A stretch of DNA of 64,000 bases. It comes from Phoronis australis (Eukaryota > Animalia > Phoronida). Shown here piece by piece: positions 38,451-51,439 of the stretch. Within the stretch, counting starts at the first letter, position 1. Each line of letters starts with the position of its first letter. The notes beneath the pieces are model-generated. The model saw only the letters and a list, made by a program, of their open reading frames with translations, was not told where the DNA came from and ran no database searches. The position numbers were made by a program, and so were the translations under genes. The DNA is taken from NCBI GenBank assembly GCA_002633005.1, contig NMRA01000011.1, forward strand, positions 110,214 through 174,213, given 5' to 3'.

Positions 38451-41400
38451 TGGTTTTTTCTGCCTCATCCAACACCTGTTCACCTTATTTTGTACATCAG
38501 TTATTCTGTTTTCAATAACTTTTATGTTTTGCTGGACGTTTGAAAGGTTTCATCAAGAAAAAATCTGCTAAGAGATTAAAGTTTTACAAGCGATGATAGA
38601 CAAATCACTGTTCCCACGAGAGTGCGTTTCTGCGATCAACACTCCACGACTCAGCGTCTCCGTAAGCTGTGTAAGTTGTGATTTCCTGACTAGACATAAA
38701 TTAATTAAAACAAATTCAAATAATTTCAACACGATATAATAATAACAATTGAAAACTTCCGTGTAATCGGCTTCGTCTGATACTTCAAGATAACAGCGTT
38801 ACATATGCACCTTTCGTCCAAAATTTAACTTTTGATATGAAGCCGACCTACAAAACTGGTAAGTGGCTATATGAATAGTCTTATTGGCTGCTGCGTTGTT
38901 GAAATGTAGAAGACGTATTTTTATGTAAACCAACAAATATAAAGCGTACATCAACCACAACAGCTTATCCGCACCATGTTTCCAGTAAACCTTTCACCAG
39001 ACACATGCATGTGCTGCGTTTGTAACCTGGGGCAAACATGTGTGAGTACCCTTTTGCCAACAAGCCCAGAAACCTTCTTGCTTTAATCAACGAATTCCGA
39101 TCAACCCAGCCGTGTTACAAGGCACCTAGACTCCCCTGACCGCGAGCAGCTCTGGCCCGTCTGCGCACAACTTTCTTCTCCTGCGCGCACTATTTCACTG
39201 ACGCGGACGCATTTCGCGTCAGTTTTCTACAGTAAATGAATTACTTCAAGGTCACGTCAATCAAATGCTATCTTCAGTAATAAACAAATGGAACAACAAT
39301 AAAACCACTAAAACTTATTTCAGCCTACTCCTGACACGCAAACATGTTATATTTTTCTGTCGCTTTATATCTTGATTTTGTGGCCCTCTTTTATTCCTGC
39401 ATTCTTTAATAATTACAAATATGCTAAAACTGACCTGTTTTTCCGCTGAACACAAATGGACTTAAATTACAGGTTTTGGTGAAAAAGTCTATTTTTCTTA
39501 TCAATTATAATACTAAGAACTGAATGTATAATTTACTATAGTTATTTATCAAAGCTAAGACTAACTTAAACATAAAACAGTTGAAAAAAGACAATCAGTT
39601 CACAAATGAAATGTGATGCAGTCATTTAATTTAATTGTTAGACGTGTACCGGTATACGGTTATAGTAAAACAACTATAGAAAACAAGGGTGGTGAAGAAA
39701 CACAATGCATCGTTAACAGTTAGCACTAGTCAAGCTTTTGTTAGTCTCATCAAGCTAGTTTTGCAACATTTTATTACAAAAATAAGCAAATTGGAATCCT
39801 CTGTTTTGTTTCTTCCAAATAATTTTGTATGACTTTTTTAAAGAAGCGTTTTCAAGCACAAGCGGACTTGAAACCGACATAAATGTCCAATAAACGATGC
39901 ATTTCTCGGAATTTACACAAGCCTCGGGCAACCAGCGTTCAGCACTAGCTGCAGTTTTTTATGTTACGAAAATGTTTCGTTTAGACATCACAAATCCGTA
40001 TGCGTGTGTTCGACACCTAACCAGTCTGTAAATAAGTATTTGCACACACGCTCTACAAGATCGTTAAAAAGTGGAACACAATTTTGCACAAATATTGCAA
40101 TTAAAAATCGTAGTTATAAAACCTGAAGGAAACAAAATACTGTAAGTTTTTCCTAACCAATAGAAAAAGTCATTTCATGAAAGAAGTCGGCAGAATATTA
40201 AATAATGTCAACATTTTCCACACACATGCACTGCTCTCGAGTACATGTACTGTATACATATATACTGCCATAAGTTGATGTCGTGATTTGTGAGAAGATG
40301 TCAACAGCTAACCTAATAACCTAGTTTGAACTTCACTTGAATGGTTAATTTAGAAACCAGACCGAACCTCGAGATCTTAATCTGGCGGAAACAGATTAAT
40401 CGAAGTCTCCATTTTGAAGGTGGTCTTTTTTATTTCTTTGAGTGTCCGTAATTCTTGTGCAGGAGACATGAACAGAACAGAGGATGATTATTTTATAATC
40501 CGGGTATGTTTTTAAACTTTTGTGACAGTTGTACATTCCACATTTCGTCGATTTTTTGTGTGCTGCTACTTTGTGTGTCCGCATCAAACCGTTTCCCGTT
40601 TTTAGTCCTTCGTTTGAATTTTAGTAAAAGGTCCACATTCGCAGAATTTCGGCTCCCTATATTTTTTTTGCTGGGTGCGCGCATGCAATCGTGCTTTGAC
40701 TCATTGCCCCAGACAACATGTTGGCCCCCACCCTTATAATATCCTAGATCTGCCACTGTGTATATTCCAAAGAAATACGTTCAAAACGCATTCTTTTGAG
40801 ATTGCAGGGTGGGATAGACATCTTGAAGTTATTAGCTTTGAGTTTTGTGTTTTGCTATTGCTGCTGGCTTTACCAGTTTAATACTCTTAAAATATTTTCT
40901 ATTCATCGAATGGGTTTTAGCACCACCAACAGATTGCGACCCCAGGGGTTACAGGTTGGGGGCTGATCTCAGAAAGGAACATTTCTCGCTGATAATGTAG
41001 TGAATAAGCCGCAACTAGGGTCCCGATGGGTCATTAGTTCATTTGTAGAGATGCTCCAGGGCATATTTATATCTTTTTTAATCAATCAATGTCAGATTTT
41101 AATTGTTTAGGATATTACTAAAACGTGTATGGATGGAGTGATTCTAGTTATGTGGACAATTTAAAAAAGATGCGCAGATATTCTAATGAGGTCACAATGC
41201 AACTCTAACGAGACTTTCGATAACAGGCTGTTTAAACAGACACTATTGGCAAGAACAGCTCAATAGCTTTCGTGAAGTAAGTTGCAGCGCTGAATCGAGC
41301 CTTGTACCTCCACTTAACGCTCTGCAACTTGTCTAATTCCCACTCGTTAAGTGGCTGAGTGCACTGTATTCTCTTCAGCGAATGTCTGACAGACAACTGT

Positions 41401-43496
41401 CAGTGAGAGAATTGGTGATTTGTAATAATAACAAAATCAAAGCACATCTTGTTGTTGTATGGCTCAGATTGAAGTTAGTAACTTCAAGAAATCTATGATA
41501 ATCCAGAAACAATCCTCAAAATGTCTTTTTCGTCCGTAAACCCATAAAGTCCCTCTACATGTATATCTGAAGATTTTTCCGGCGAGAGATCGAATTTATC
41601 AGAAATTAGCTGTTCAAAGCTAACAACTTCATGAAGTTTATCCCAAGCAACGATAATCCTACATACACGTTTTTAGCCGTAAAAACTAAAATGGTCCTTA
41701 AGCTGACCGGGGCAGATAATACGACGAAGATGCAAAACCATTGCATGCACGTGATCAAACGACATATTACGCATGCGCATTTGTGTTCAACAATTACCTC
41801 ATTGACTGATTGATGCTTAGTGTTTGATTTGTTAAAACATCCTCAGTGGTTTTGGTTATTTCAGACTGGTACTCTTGCTGAGCCGAATGAGAAGACACAG
41901 TGTCCCTGAAAGGTAATTTTCGTGGAATGAGAACAAATGGACAATCGCTGAAGTGTAAACACTTCTTAGTAGTTATATTACAAGTGTAAATGCATTAACG
42001 ATTATGCTTAATAGCTTATCTATTTAGTATGGGGGATATATCCGTTTGACTTATTGATTAGAAAGCTCCAGAGAAAATTTTTAGTTTTTGCGTCCAACAG
42101 GATTCCCGAGTCAAGAATTTCTAGAAGCCGCAAGAATCATTGCAACGTAGACGAATGGTGGGTGACTCGGGTATTTTTGCTCATAAATATTGCCCTCGGC
42201 TCCTCATAATAACGTAATCAATGAAATTAGTTACACAAGCATGACCATTGTCAGTCTCTCAGATGTATATGTTAAAAAGGTTATGTGCGCTAATACGATA
42301 TATTGATGATGTCTCAATGCTAATTATTAGCGGTAAAGAACAAGAATAGGCGAGAATACGAAAAATATTCCATTTACGTTAAAACCAAACCTAATACAGT
42401 TTGGAAATATATTAGGTTACGCATCATTTACGTAATTGTCAAATACACGCATCCATGATTTTAACACTGGCGCAAAATAAACTTTGAGGTGCTGGGGAAA
42501 ATTTGCTTATTTGATTTCACAAATGTACAAAAATAAGGAAAGCATTTAGGAAAATAGGTACGTTATTAAAAATGAAATAGAATAATGCCATTTATCTCTG
42601 ACATTTATTGTGGAATTTCTAGACATGTGGCCATTTAATACCAATTTTAGTTATGTCACGGAGTGACATATCGATGAGGCTGGAAATTCAAAACTTACCT
42701 AACGAGGGATTTGAGCTTGGGTCTCATAATATGCAAGCGCACACGTGACCGCTAATCCGAGCACGCGCAGTACAAACAGATTTGAACAAATGTATTGTGT
42801 GCAGGGATATTCGATGTCGGAGACGTTATTGGTTGAGTATATTATTTCTCGACCTAAAAAGGGAACTTTCAAACATTTTTATCGATCTGCGCAAAACAAC
42901 CAAACTTCATTTTGAGGACAGCATCTCCAATTCCTCCGTTAAAACCGCATTAAATCTTGGCAAATGTTGATAACTGAATTTACATGCGATTTTTTAAAAC
43001 ATGGCATACGACAAATTAATATTCTTAAAATTGTTGTTGTCATTAGTGTTGACCTGGTGGCTTATGATGTCATCCAAGTAGTTTCAAACGCATAAACATG
43101 AAGAAGCCAAAGGTTTCTACCAGATGGAAAGTGTTATTTATATCAGAAAAGTGAGGGATAAATTTGTTATTAATTGGTTACTGGGTTGTTAAACGTATGG
43201 TTTTTAGAAAAAATATCACTCTCTGGCTTTGCCTTTGAGTGTTTTTTAAACGATCTCGTTCCTCAGAAGACGTTTATCACTTCCCCCAATAACATTAAAA
43301 AGGTGAAGTATAAGTTGAATTTTAAAAATCTTGATAACTGTGATGCCTCTCAAGCATTTAGCGAGGAAGAGAATTCTGTGAAATAATTACCAAATTCAAA
43401 AACTTTATGATCCGCTGGTTTTAATTACCATCATTACTTCTTTTAGTGTCTTGTAAGTTCGTGGCTTGACTATTGACAAGTGATCTCTGAGGTAAC

Positions 43497-43645
43497 CAGC
43501 GCTGGGTTGCATAAACCTTCAAAATTATCCGCTGGATAAGTTTGATTGCTGCATGACGTCAGATGCATCGTTCGAAAATAACAACGTGATAATGCGCCGT
43601 CATTGTTGCTATACGGTGTATAACGTTTATGCAACTGTGTCCAGG
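43497..43645. mobile_element. Possible small MITE
   Basis: Inverted 11-mer GTTGCATAAAC (43506-43516) / GTTTATGCAAC (43625-43635). Outer termini are decayed and no TSD is seen. Confidence 0.4.
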
Positions 43646-45579
43646 ACTATTATTATGAACAAATTTGTGTACCAGGTAGAGATACGTTGATTAACTCAAC
43701 ATAAACGAGAAATTATCTGCGAGAAAAGAGATTTTCTTTGATTAGCCTGATGCTGGCAAAGCAAAACACCCACTCGATTGCCAGGGAATTTTAAAGAGAC
43801 TTGGAACACAAAAATTCGTAAAAATACGCATTAAACATATCGAGGCGAATACACGTCATGGGGATGCTAACGTGAGAGTTATTCTCTTTGATTATTACAA
43901 GAAAAATATCGTCAGATTCACAATTTTTGAAATACGTAAACTATTTCAACCCAATCCAGTTTTCAAAATTTCAGCCCATAATATTTTATAAGCGTGCCTG
44001 CGCTGAAAGAAGTTTGACTGGCTGCTGCTTGGAATCGCCATTGTTTTATTACATTAAGCACCAAGCGTCCCATTTTTATTTACGGTGTAAGTCTATATAT
44101 GGTTGCCATACCGAATAAGGAGACGTGTTTTGCTTTAGGTGTAGAAAGTTTAACGAAGTTTGAAATTAAAGCAAAAAAGCCTTAACAGAAAATCAAAATT
44201 TTTGCGAACAAATCGTACTAAATGCTGACATCGATTTCAGTGAATGCCTGATAGACAACGGTGAAAACAGCAGATTTGTAATAAACACTAAAAACATAAC
44301 GAATTTCTTGTTTTATCGTTCTGGTCAAAGTTGATAACTTCATACCATCCCTTCCATAAATTTTTGCAAAAATTCATGTTTCTGTCGTAAAACCGATACT
44401 TTCACCTTAAGCCAACCGAATGACCGACAACGGCAGTAGCTATATTGTGGATATGAGGGCGAAGTTAACAGACGTAATTGTATTCTCAAGCGAGAGCTCG
44501 GTGTCCAGTTGAAGATCAAGGTAGCTTAGAAATGAGCGTAGGTTTATAACACTATCTTTTACAAATATCACTAAAATTTACATTATTGTTCGTTTGTGGT
44601 AGAAGAGAACACCTTGCTGGCCGGGTGAACAGTTCACTTGCATCCGCCCCAAATGAATTAATACCTGCCCTCAGTTACGAAACTGCAACAGACTTATAAT
44701 CACACATCGCTAACACCACTGAAGTAAAATTTGTTAGCATATGATAGCGGTCGGATAGTATGGAAAGCCATCTAAAAGAGCGTGAACATTGCACTCGCAC
44801 GCCCACGTCGTCATTTTAACACTGTCCGGGGCAGGTGGTATGACGTTATATCCCATCGTGCGCAGAGTGAAAATGGCGAGTTATCAATTTTGGGAACTGA
44901 ACGAGGGACTGCTCTAAGAAAAAGCTTATTAACGGGTGTATTTATTCGAGTTTTAGTCAGTGCGATGCACAATTCGCCTAAAAGCTTCCGGCGTATGAAG
45001 CCCTTATGATAGCTCCACCGTCCTAGTGGCAGGTCAGTAGGACGGTGGTCACTGTGACTGTCTAGCAGCAACGGAGAGCTGAACGCTGTGAGCAGACGAT
45101 CGTTTCAGTTAAAATATTTAGGTCTCAATTTCCTGTAAAGACCTTAGCTCTCAGTGTACATATACTGTATGCATCCATAACGAAACATTTTCGTTGTATT
45201 TGAATAGTGGAGTTGCAACGCCGCCATATTGAAAATGGGTCAGAATGTTGCATTGTGGTTAAGCCGGTAAACAAGTACGTCGGCAAGCGAGGGGGCGAAC
45301 CGACCACAGGGAGGTTATACGTGTTGTGTGCCTGGCATGCTATAATACCAGTTAGCGAGATAAAGAATTAGTTACTATGTGTTTCCCAATGATCAAGAAC
45401 TGCGTTAAACATGGGTCAGAGACATCGGCAGAGCTGGTAGCAAAGGCCGACTTCGTGAATTCATTCCGACTTCGTATCATAAAGTATGCAGCGCTCATTT
45501 TGAGGGCGGCAAGAACACGTATCTTGGAAACTGCCCAACAATATCTCCCTTCAAAGAAACAGTAACAAATACTCCACGG

Positions 45580-46040
45580 CGGTTGACAGTGAAAAAACCT
45601 TGTTTTCGCTTGACCAGAACCAAGCCAACATGAGCAATTTTGATTATAATGCCTCTGCACAATCACCTGTTCTGGGTCAACTCACTTAACGTACGCACAC
45701 TATATGCATTAACGCGCTAAGATAAAGCGTGCAGAATATCATTATTTACTTTGTACAAAATTGTGGTGCAAAATTCTTTGTTAAATTGCGATCATTTTTC
45801 ATAAACTTTTGTTGAATTCCCAGGGCGAAATCTTGCCGACAAATGCGTAGCTGCCGGTCTCGCAATCGTCGCTAGGGCTTGAATTCTCGAACAAGAATAC
45901 AGCTCCGACTCAACAAATTACCTGAAATCCTCCTCAAGTTTTCCAAATAGCGTCTCTAAGATTTTTAAGTTCTTGTGGAGTCTTTACTAACTGCAGATTG
46001 CGTCCAAATCTGCGCTAGATTGTAGCCCGCAACACTAGAA
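45580..46040 (-). mobile_element. Possible decayed LINE ORF1 (L1/Tnp22-type RRM region)
   Basis: Frameshifted pieces RPAATHLSARF / WEFNKS / FMKNDRNL / GFFTVNR weakly resemble RPRPI.ARF..W..K...MK..R.L. Confidence 0.3.
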
Positions 46041-46629
46041 AAATCTCTGGAGGAACACACATGTTGTTGTCACGTGACGTTCGTTTTGAAGTTTTATGCG
46101 AGTGTGTGAGAGTAAGCGTGCGTGTGCTTGTCGTCAGAGTTCATTTGCCAGAGTAAATGCGATGTAATGATCTAGTTGTGCATTATATCCAAAGAAATTA
46201 AGTCAAGCAGAGCGTGTTTTAATATTTAGCTTAGCACTTGCTGGCCTCATCTGCTAAAAAAACGTCCGAGAATTGTTTCGGTAAGACCGATAGGCCCCCT
46301 ATGTCACTCATTGAGTCGCCGGATGATTGGATGCGTGACCGTAGTGTAACAGCTATTTTCCGGAAGATTTGGGGTGTAAGGGTGCGAATGTATTCACTAT
46401 CAGCGTGTCATTTTGACCTTAAAAACACCAATTATGATTAGTTAAATATTTTCTCTTAAAAATAATGCAAAAGTTTTTTACGGTATAAGAAACTTTCGGA
46501 AATTAGTGCCAATATTTATTTGCCAATGCTATGTTACACATTTCATGAATAGATAGTTCCCGTCTAAATGTCTTCGATGACAGCCGGTACATTATGAAGC
46601 GCGCTTCTTGGCAGCGTGCTAACACTGGT

Positions 46630-46920
46630 TGAGTTTTTTTTATTTTCACTTCGATTCATGGTTCTCACGTGTACAAAGAAGTTTGGATTCCTGCTGAGGC
46701 CGGAGAAGATCTGTACCGGAAAGAAACAAGGCAATCCCGCTGAAAAGTACGCTGCGTCTGTTTTCAAAGTCCAGAACCGCGTAGTGGGGCACATCCCTCG
46801 CAAGAGCAGCAAAACTTCTGCGTTCTTTTTGAATCGCGGCGTAAGTTTGAAATGTATTCGGACATAACGGTGAGGCTCGTGGTCTACAAATTCAAGACTG
46901 TCGGATCTTTCAATTGATAA
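46630..46920 (+). pseudogene. Frameshifted stand-alone HIRAN-domain ORF (transposon-borne)
   Basis: IHGSHVYKEVWIPAEAGEDL (from 46654), then a frameshift, then KKQGNPAEKYAASVFKVQNRVVGHIPRKSSKTSAFFLNRGVSLKC, then RGLQIQDC. This matches the HIRAN pattern RG.HVY..VW.P..GE.L...E..N..D..AV.V....VVGH.P. Confidence 0.75.
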
Positions 46921-46964
46921 ATTGGAGACGTTAGAACTGTAGGTAAGGGCATTTTTCGCATGTA

Positions 46965-47056
46965 GTTCATGGGCTGGGCGCTTACTTTAGCACAGTCTGA
47001 AAACGCCTAAGCGCACTTGTTGGGGCATGGGCGATTATTAGGGCGAATAGCGGCAG
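46965..47056. mobile_element. DNA transposon terminus-like sequence (pogo/Tc1-style) downstream of the HIRAN ORF
   Basis: Repeated TGGGCG(C/A)TTA motifs end in ...gggcgaatagcggca, resembling the ...aatacggta ends of invertebrate pogo-like elements. The partner end was not found. Confidence 0.4.
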
Positions 47057-48621
47057 AATTACATACAGCAGGGAAGTTTAATGCACACAAATCACACGTC
47101 GTGCAAACCCCAGTCGGCCATTCCATATACCCTCATCAATCCCAATAGCCTTTGCACACCCTAATTTCCGTACATGCGCAATCGTTAAATCGATTCGGTT
47201 GCAACTCTATTAGATTTTAGCTGATTTTGTTGGCCGGGGACGCTTGACCTATTTATGATGACCCAGATTGAAACTTCAGCGAGGCCCAAAAATAGCCGCC
47301 TGATCACCTTACGTCGGAATTTTGGTGAACCTTGTCCGCTTTTATAGCAGTAAAACTGGTTTTTAAAAAACGACGCATTGAAATAGTGATTTAGGTAATC
47401 CAAATGATCGAGCTCAATCAAATTTGGCGTTGCACTAGTAAATTTACTCCACCAGGAGCCTTCTAACAGGCCTCTGCCGTTGTATACGGCTTCTACCGTG
47501 GTATACGGATTGGCTCTACTTTCCCGAATATCACAGTTGATAATCTGACGGTATACAATATCCATAATTATTTACACATATATAGAATAAATGCATAGCT
47601 TATAATCTATCGCAGGTACCAAAGTACACGTTCATGTATTAACGTCCGCACAGAGAAGGACTTGCGGATTACTTTTGCATTGTTACAGCGAAAATTCACA
47701 TGGCACTCTCATACACAGTATTGTGGAGGTGTGGAAAAGTGCTCAAACGAATATGATGAGTTGTTATAAAGTGCCTTTGGAATTAAATCTAAGCGTGTAT
47801 TGAACAGCCAGCGCATTGTTCTCGTGAGAACGCGTGCAACGAAGGCTTTCTCAATGAAAGAAAGCGTTGTCTTTCGAAATGCGACGAAAAGAGGTACAGG
47901 CATGTGACAAGGCGCAAGGAGTGGGGTAAGTCAATCCAAAACCATTTCCTGAATAATGTAAAATGAGGAATAAATTCGTTCAGACTGAAGTTTGCAAGTA
48001 CCTTGCAGTTGATGCTGTACGAATGTACGAGTGAATCTGGAAGTGTCACATATATCAATGCTTGCGTTCTTATTGACTGGTATCTGTTTTAATCCAGATG
48101 AGGACAGGAAGCTATTACGTCACAGCCCCGGCAACTGAAATACTCCAAATTGGAGACAGACATCATTAGTCGGTGGATTCTTCCCTTGCACTAACTTATT
48201 TGTTCACACCGGCAAAATTCATCAAAATTATTTTGTAAGATCTGAAACATATGACACAGCATCTGTGTACCATACAAATCATCATGTTTACCACATAATT
48301 CAGAATTTAACTGATGCTTTTCCAGATACAGTTTTTGACCTATTTCCATTTTACATTGAGGATTAGCAAAACAGATAATAACCAAGATGGAGGAATCTCT
48401 TAGACTTACCTGGCAAAGTTTCGCCTGGCCTTGGCGCAAAGCTTAATACTAAATACATGTGTACAGCCTTGCGCCGATGTGGGTAAAAAACTGTCCAGAT
48501 CAAATCTGACACAAAATACGTGTCATTAAAAACTAAACTCTTCCTTGAGTAAATTAAATTATTTAACGGTGTTGAACAGCTTGTTATTTAAAATGACATA
48601 TTCTTATTAAAATGACTTGAA

Positions 48622-48680
48622 GCCCCCCGACCCCCCCCCCCCCCAGCCACATCTCACGTAATCTCACGTAATCTCACGAA
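48622..48680. repeat. Poly-C tract and 10-bp tandem ATCTCACGTA x3
   Basis: Directly visible: atctcacgta atctcacgta atctcacgaa at 48651-48680. Confidence 0.85.
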
Positions 48681-48724
48681 GTCTTGCTTTATAGCGTTAT
48701 TGAACGGGAGGCTGGTTTCTGCTG

Positions 48725-48975
48725 AGATGAATACATTAACTGGACTGTTATGGACACAACTCTCAGAATTGCGTTCGGCAAAACTTTCCTGACCATATTC
48801 GACTATGTGTTAAAAGACTCGAGGAGGAGCAGCTGGAAAATTAGGATGCCCTCTAATTTACAGAGTGGATTCAAACAAGGAATTAACATATTGTAGTGAT
48901 TTCCCTTGCAAAACTCCGCAGAGGCTCTTAGGCAGCTGAAATTTGGATTAAGTCCGGAACAATAAAAGAGGACTT
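48725..48975 (+). mobile_element. Decayed L1/Tx1-like reverse transcriptase fragment
   Basis: YINWTVMDTTLRIAFGKTFLTIFDYVLKDSRRSSWKI...LQSGFKQG...SAEAL resembles the RT region D.INW.FM...L..FGFG..F...I...Y........G.KQG.PLS.....AE.L. Confidence 0.5.
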
Positions 48976-49446
48976 GACATGTTGTCAAAAATAGGTCGCA
49001 AGCCGTAGCTCCTTCCTGTGACCATGACAGGGGGACAAAATTCTTGTGTGGCTACCGAATTTTAAGTTGCATATTTTTAAAACATTTCCCGTGCATTCCT
49101 AACATAACGTTATTTAGCAAGAGGTGGCNAAAAGACTCGAGGAGGAGCAGCTGGAAAATTAGGATGCATTCTAATTTACAGAGTGGATTCAAACAAGGAA
49201 TTAACATATTGTAGTGATTTCCCTTGCAAAACTCCGCAGAGGCTCTTAGGCAGCTGAAATTTGGATTAAGTCCGGAACAATAAAAGAGGACTTGACATGT
49301 TGTCAAAAATAGGTCGCAAGCCGTAGCTCCTTCCTGTGACCATGACAGGGGGACAAAACTCTTGTGTGGCTACCGAATTTTAAGTTGCATATTTTTAAAG
49401 CATTTCCCGTGCATTCCTAACATAACGTTATTTAGCAAGAGGTGGC
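48812..49446. repeat. 317-bp direct duplication joined by a single N (probable assembly/haplotype artefact)
   Basis: Copies at 48812-49128 and 49130-49446 with N at 49129. About four substitutions are seen by eye. Confidence 0.92.
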
Positions 49447-49959
49447 GCAATATACTCCCTTTTTAGCCAATCATAAACTAGGAAATTGAGAAAGCCGGTT
49501 TACATTAACACTCCGTGATGAAAAAATAAAAAGTCACTCCGAAGAAATCGTCAGCTTTCTATTTTTGTTGATATCCATTACAAACAGTTCTAGCATCTGT
49601 GAACATTTATTCGGATGTTTAGTGATGATGTGTCATGATAGTTGATGACGCAATGTGTACCCGGAAATAAAAATAAACATGCAGTCACTCTAGGTTCCAA
49701 ACTTCACAATGATGTCAAAATAACCTCTTGCTAAACAATCCCATAATTGTGTGTGATACTTGCAGTTGTTTTCACGACAACGGCTTAGTGTGACTTACCT
49801 AGTTTGGATCAGACTTTGCGCTGTTCAATCAATAGTCGTTTTACATTACTTGACTTGGTTATGTATGTACCACACGTGTTTTTAAGTTCTGCACATTTTG
49901 ATTTTTTACAGTCGAAACAGCTTATTGTTTCAAATGACTTATTGCTGATAAAATAACAT

Positions 49960-50280
49960 ACGCAAAAAATATTCATGAGCCTCAGAAGTGGGACCCCCTA
50001 CAGTGATAAAGTGTAAAGGGCTAGCTTTTGAAGTTCAAAAATAGATTTCATGCTTGTGTCATTTTATGAGTAAGTTAATTGAATCATTCTTATCAAAATG
50101 AAATAAGCATAAATTCATTTTGAAGCCTGAGAATCGGGGCCCCCTTATTAATATAGAACCCCTGCCCTGCTTTTGGTTGCCTTCAGATGGGGCGCTCTGT
50201 ACTAATATAAGAGGCTCAACTTTTGAGCCTCAAAGATGAATTTTATGCCTATGTCATTTTGAAAAATAATTCATTTAAAA
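49960..50280. repeat. Imperfect inverted repeat / foldback with alternating unit orientation
   Basis: 50080-50160 is the approximate reverse complement of 50188-50277. 50020-50070 is a diverged direct copy of the right arm. Confidence 0.65.
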
Positions 50281-51439
50281 TAATAGCCTTCTAAAGTGCT
50301 CTCAATAAACACAAGACAAGTATGTCACATTTTTATAAAGAAAACAAGATCTTTAAGTTTTGTCATCTTTCGATGTGCATCATCATCACGGAAACTTTGG
50401 CCACCTAAAGAACAAGTCATGTATACTGTACATGTATGTCAGCAGGAGTTAGACGCTCAGCTGCATAGCAACAGCACCAATGACAACATTCGTAAGAACA
50501 ATGATAACCTGCTGGGACCCAAATAATTATTCAGAATATGCTTGAGCCAGTTTCAGGCTCGAATCACTGCACACAGTAAAGAACCACGAACAAGTAGGTG
50601 CGCAAATATGGAACTGAAAATCAGTTGGCCTGTGTGCGAAGTGTTATGCAAGAGTGTTGGCAAACGGCAGCTTGATAAGTGACGAATTCACAATCAAAAG
50701 ACTTTTCAGTGATCCACTTAAAAACACTAAGTTAACGTTAATCGGTTAGAATATGATTGGAAATAGGGTTACGGGTCAGGATAAGAAAGTCCGCTCTGAT
50801 TGCTGTGGACGAGGTAGTCCACCGATCTGCTAGTTTCTCTGTAATTTGGTCCGATGACTACCCAGACAGTGCTGCGGTTTCACTGCTGCACCATTGCGAA
50901 AGATGTGTGAGTTTTAGGATGCAAGTGATTACTTTTACTAAAATTCAAGTGGACTATGTTTCGTTGACGTAAGAATCTTGTCAAAACAGTTAATATCATT
51001 CCGCCACCAAGCTGGCGAACAAAAAATAAACAAATTACGCTTTATAAAGAGGAAGTGTCGTATTTGCCGATAAAGGCAATATGTGCATAATCAAACCTAC
51101 ATTTTACCCCGATATAGCAAAAAATATTGAATTCTTAATAAATGAGCCGTTGGGTTTAAATGTAAAATTATCGCTAATGATCCGACGACTCATCTTAAAG
51201 GCAACTTGCATAAGTAAGTAGGTATTTATTGGTCATATCCTAGTCCAACACAGTATGATTGTACAATAAGTCAGCGGCATTCTCAAAACAACGCTTATAG
51301 TTTCTACACAAGTTTGGCATGTTTACCTACGAAAAGGGATTAGGGTTCCTTGTGAGCTGACATACATGTAGTGGGAACTTTGGGGCTCCTTGAAATTCTG
51401 TGTGTTTCCCGTGGGCCCTCGGGCACTCCAGATATGTGT

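Noticed and set aside
42690-42770. tRNA-like sequence on the minus strand
   Set aside because: The A and B boxes are degenerate and there is no cloverleaf. At most it is an old SINE head, not a tRNA gene.
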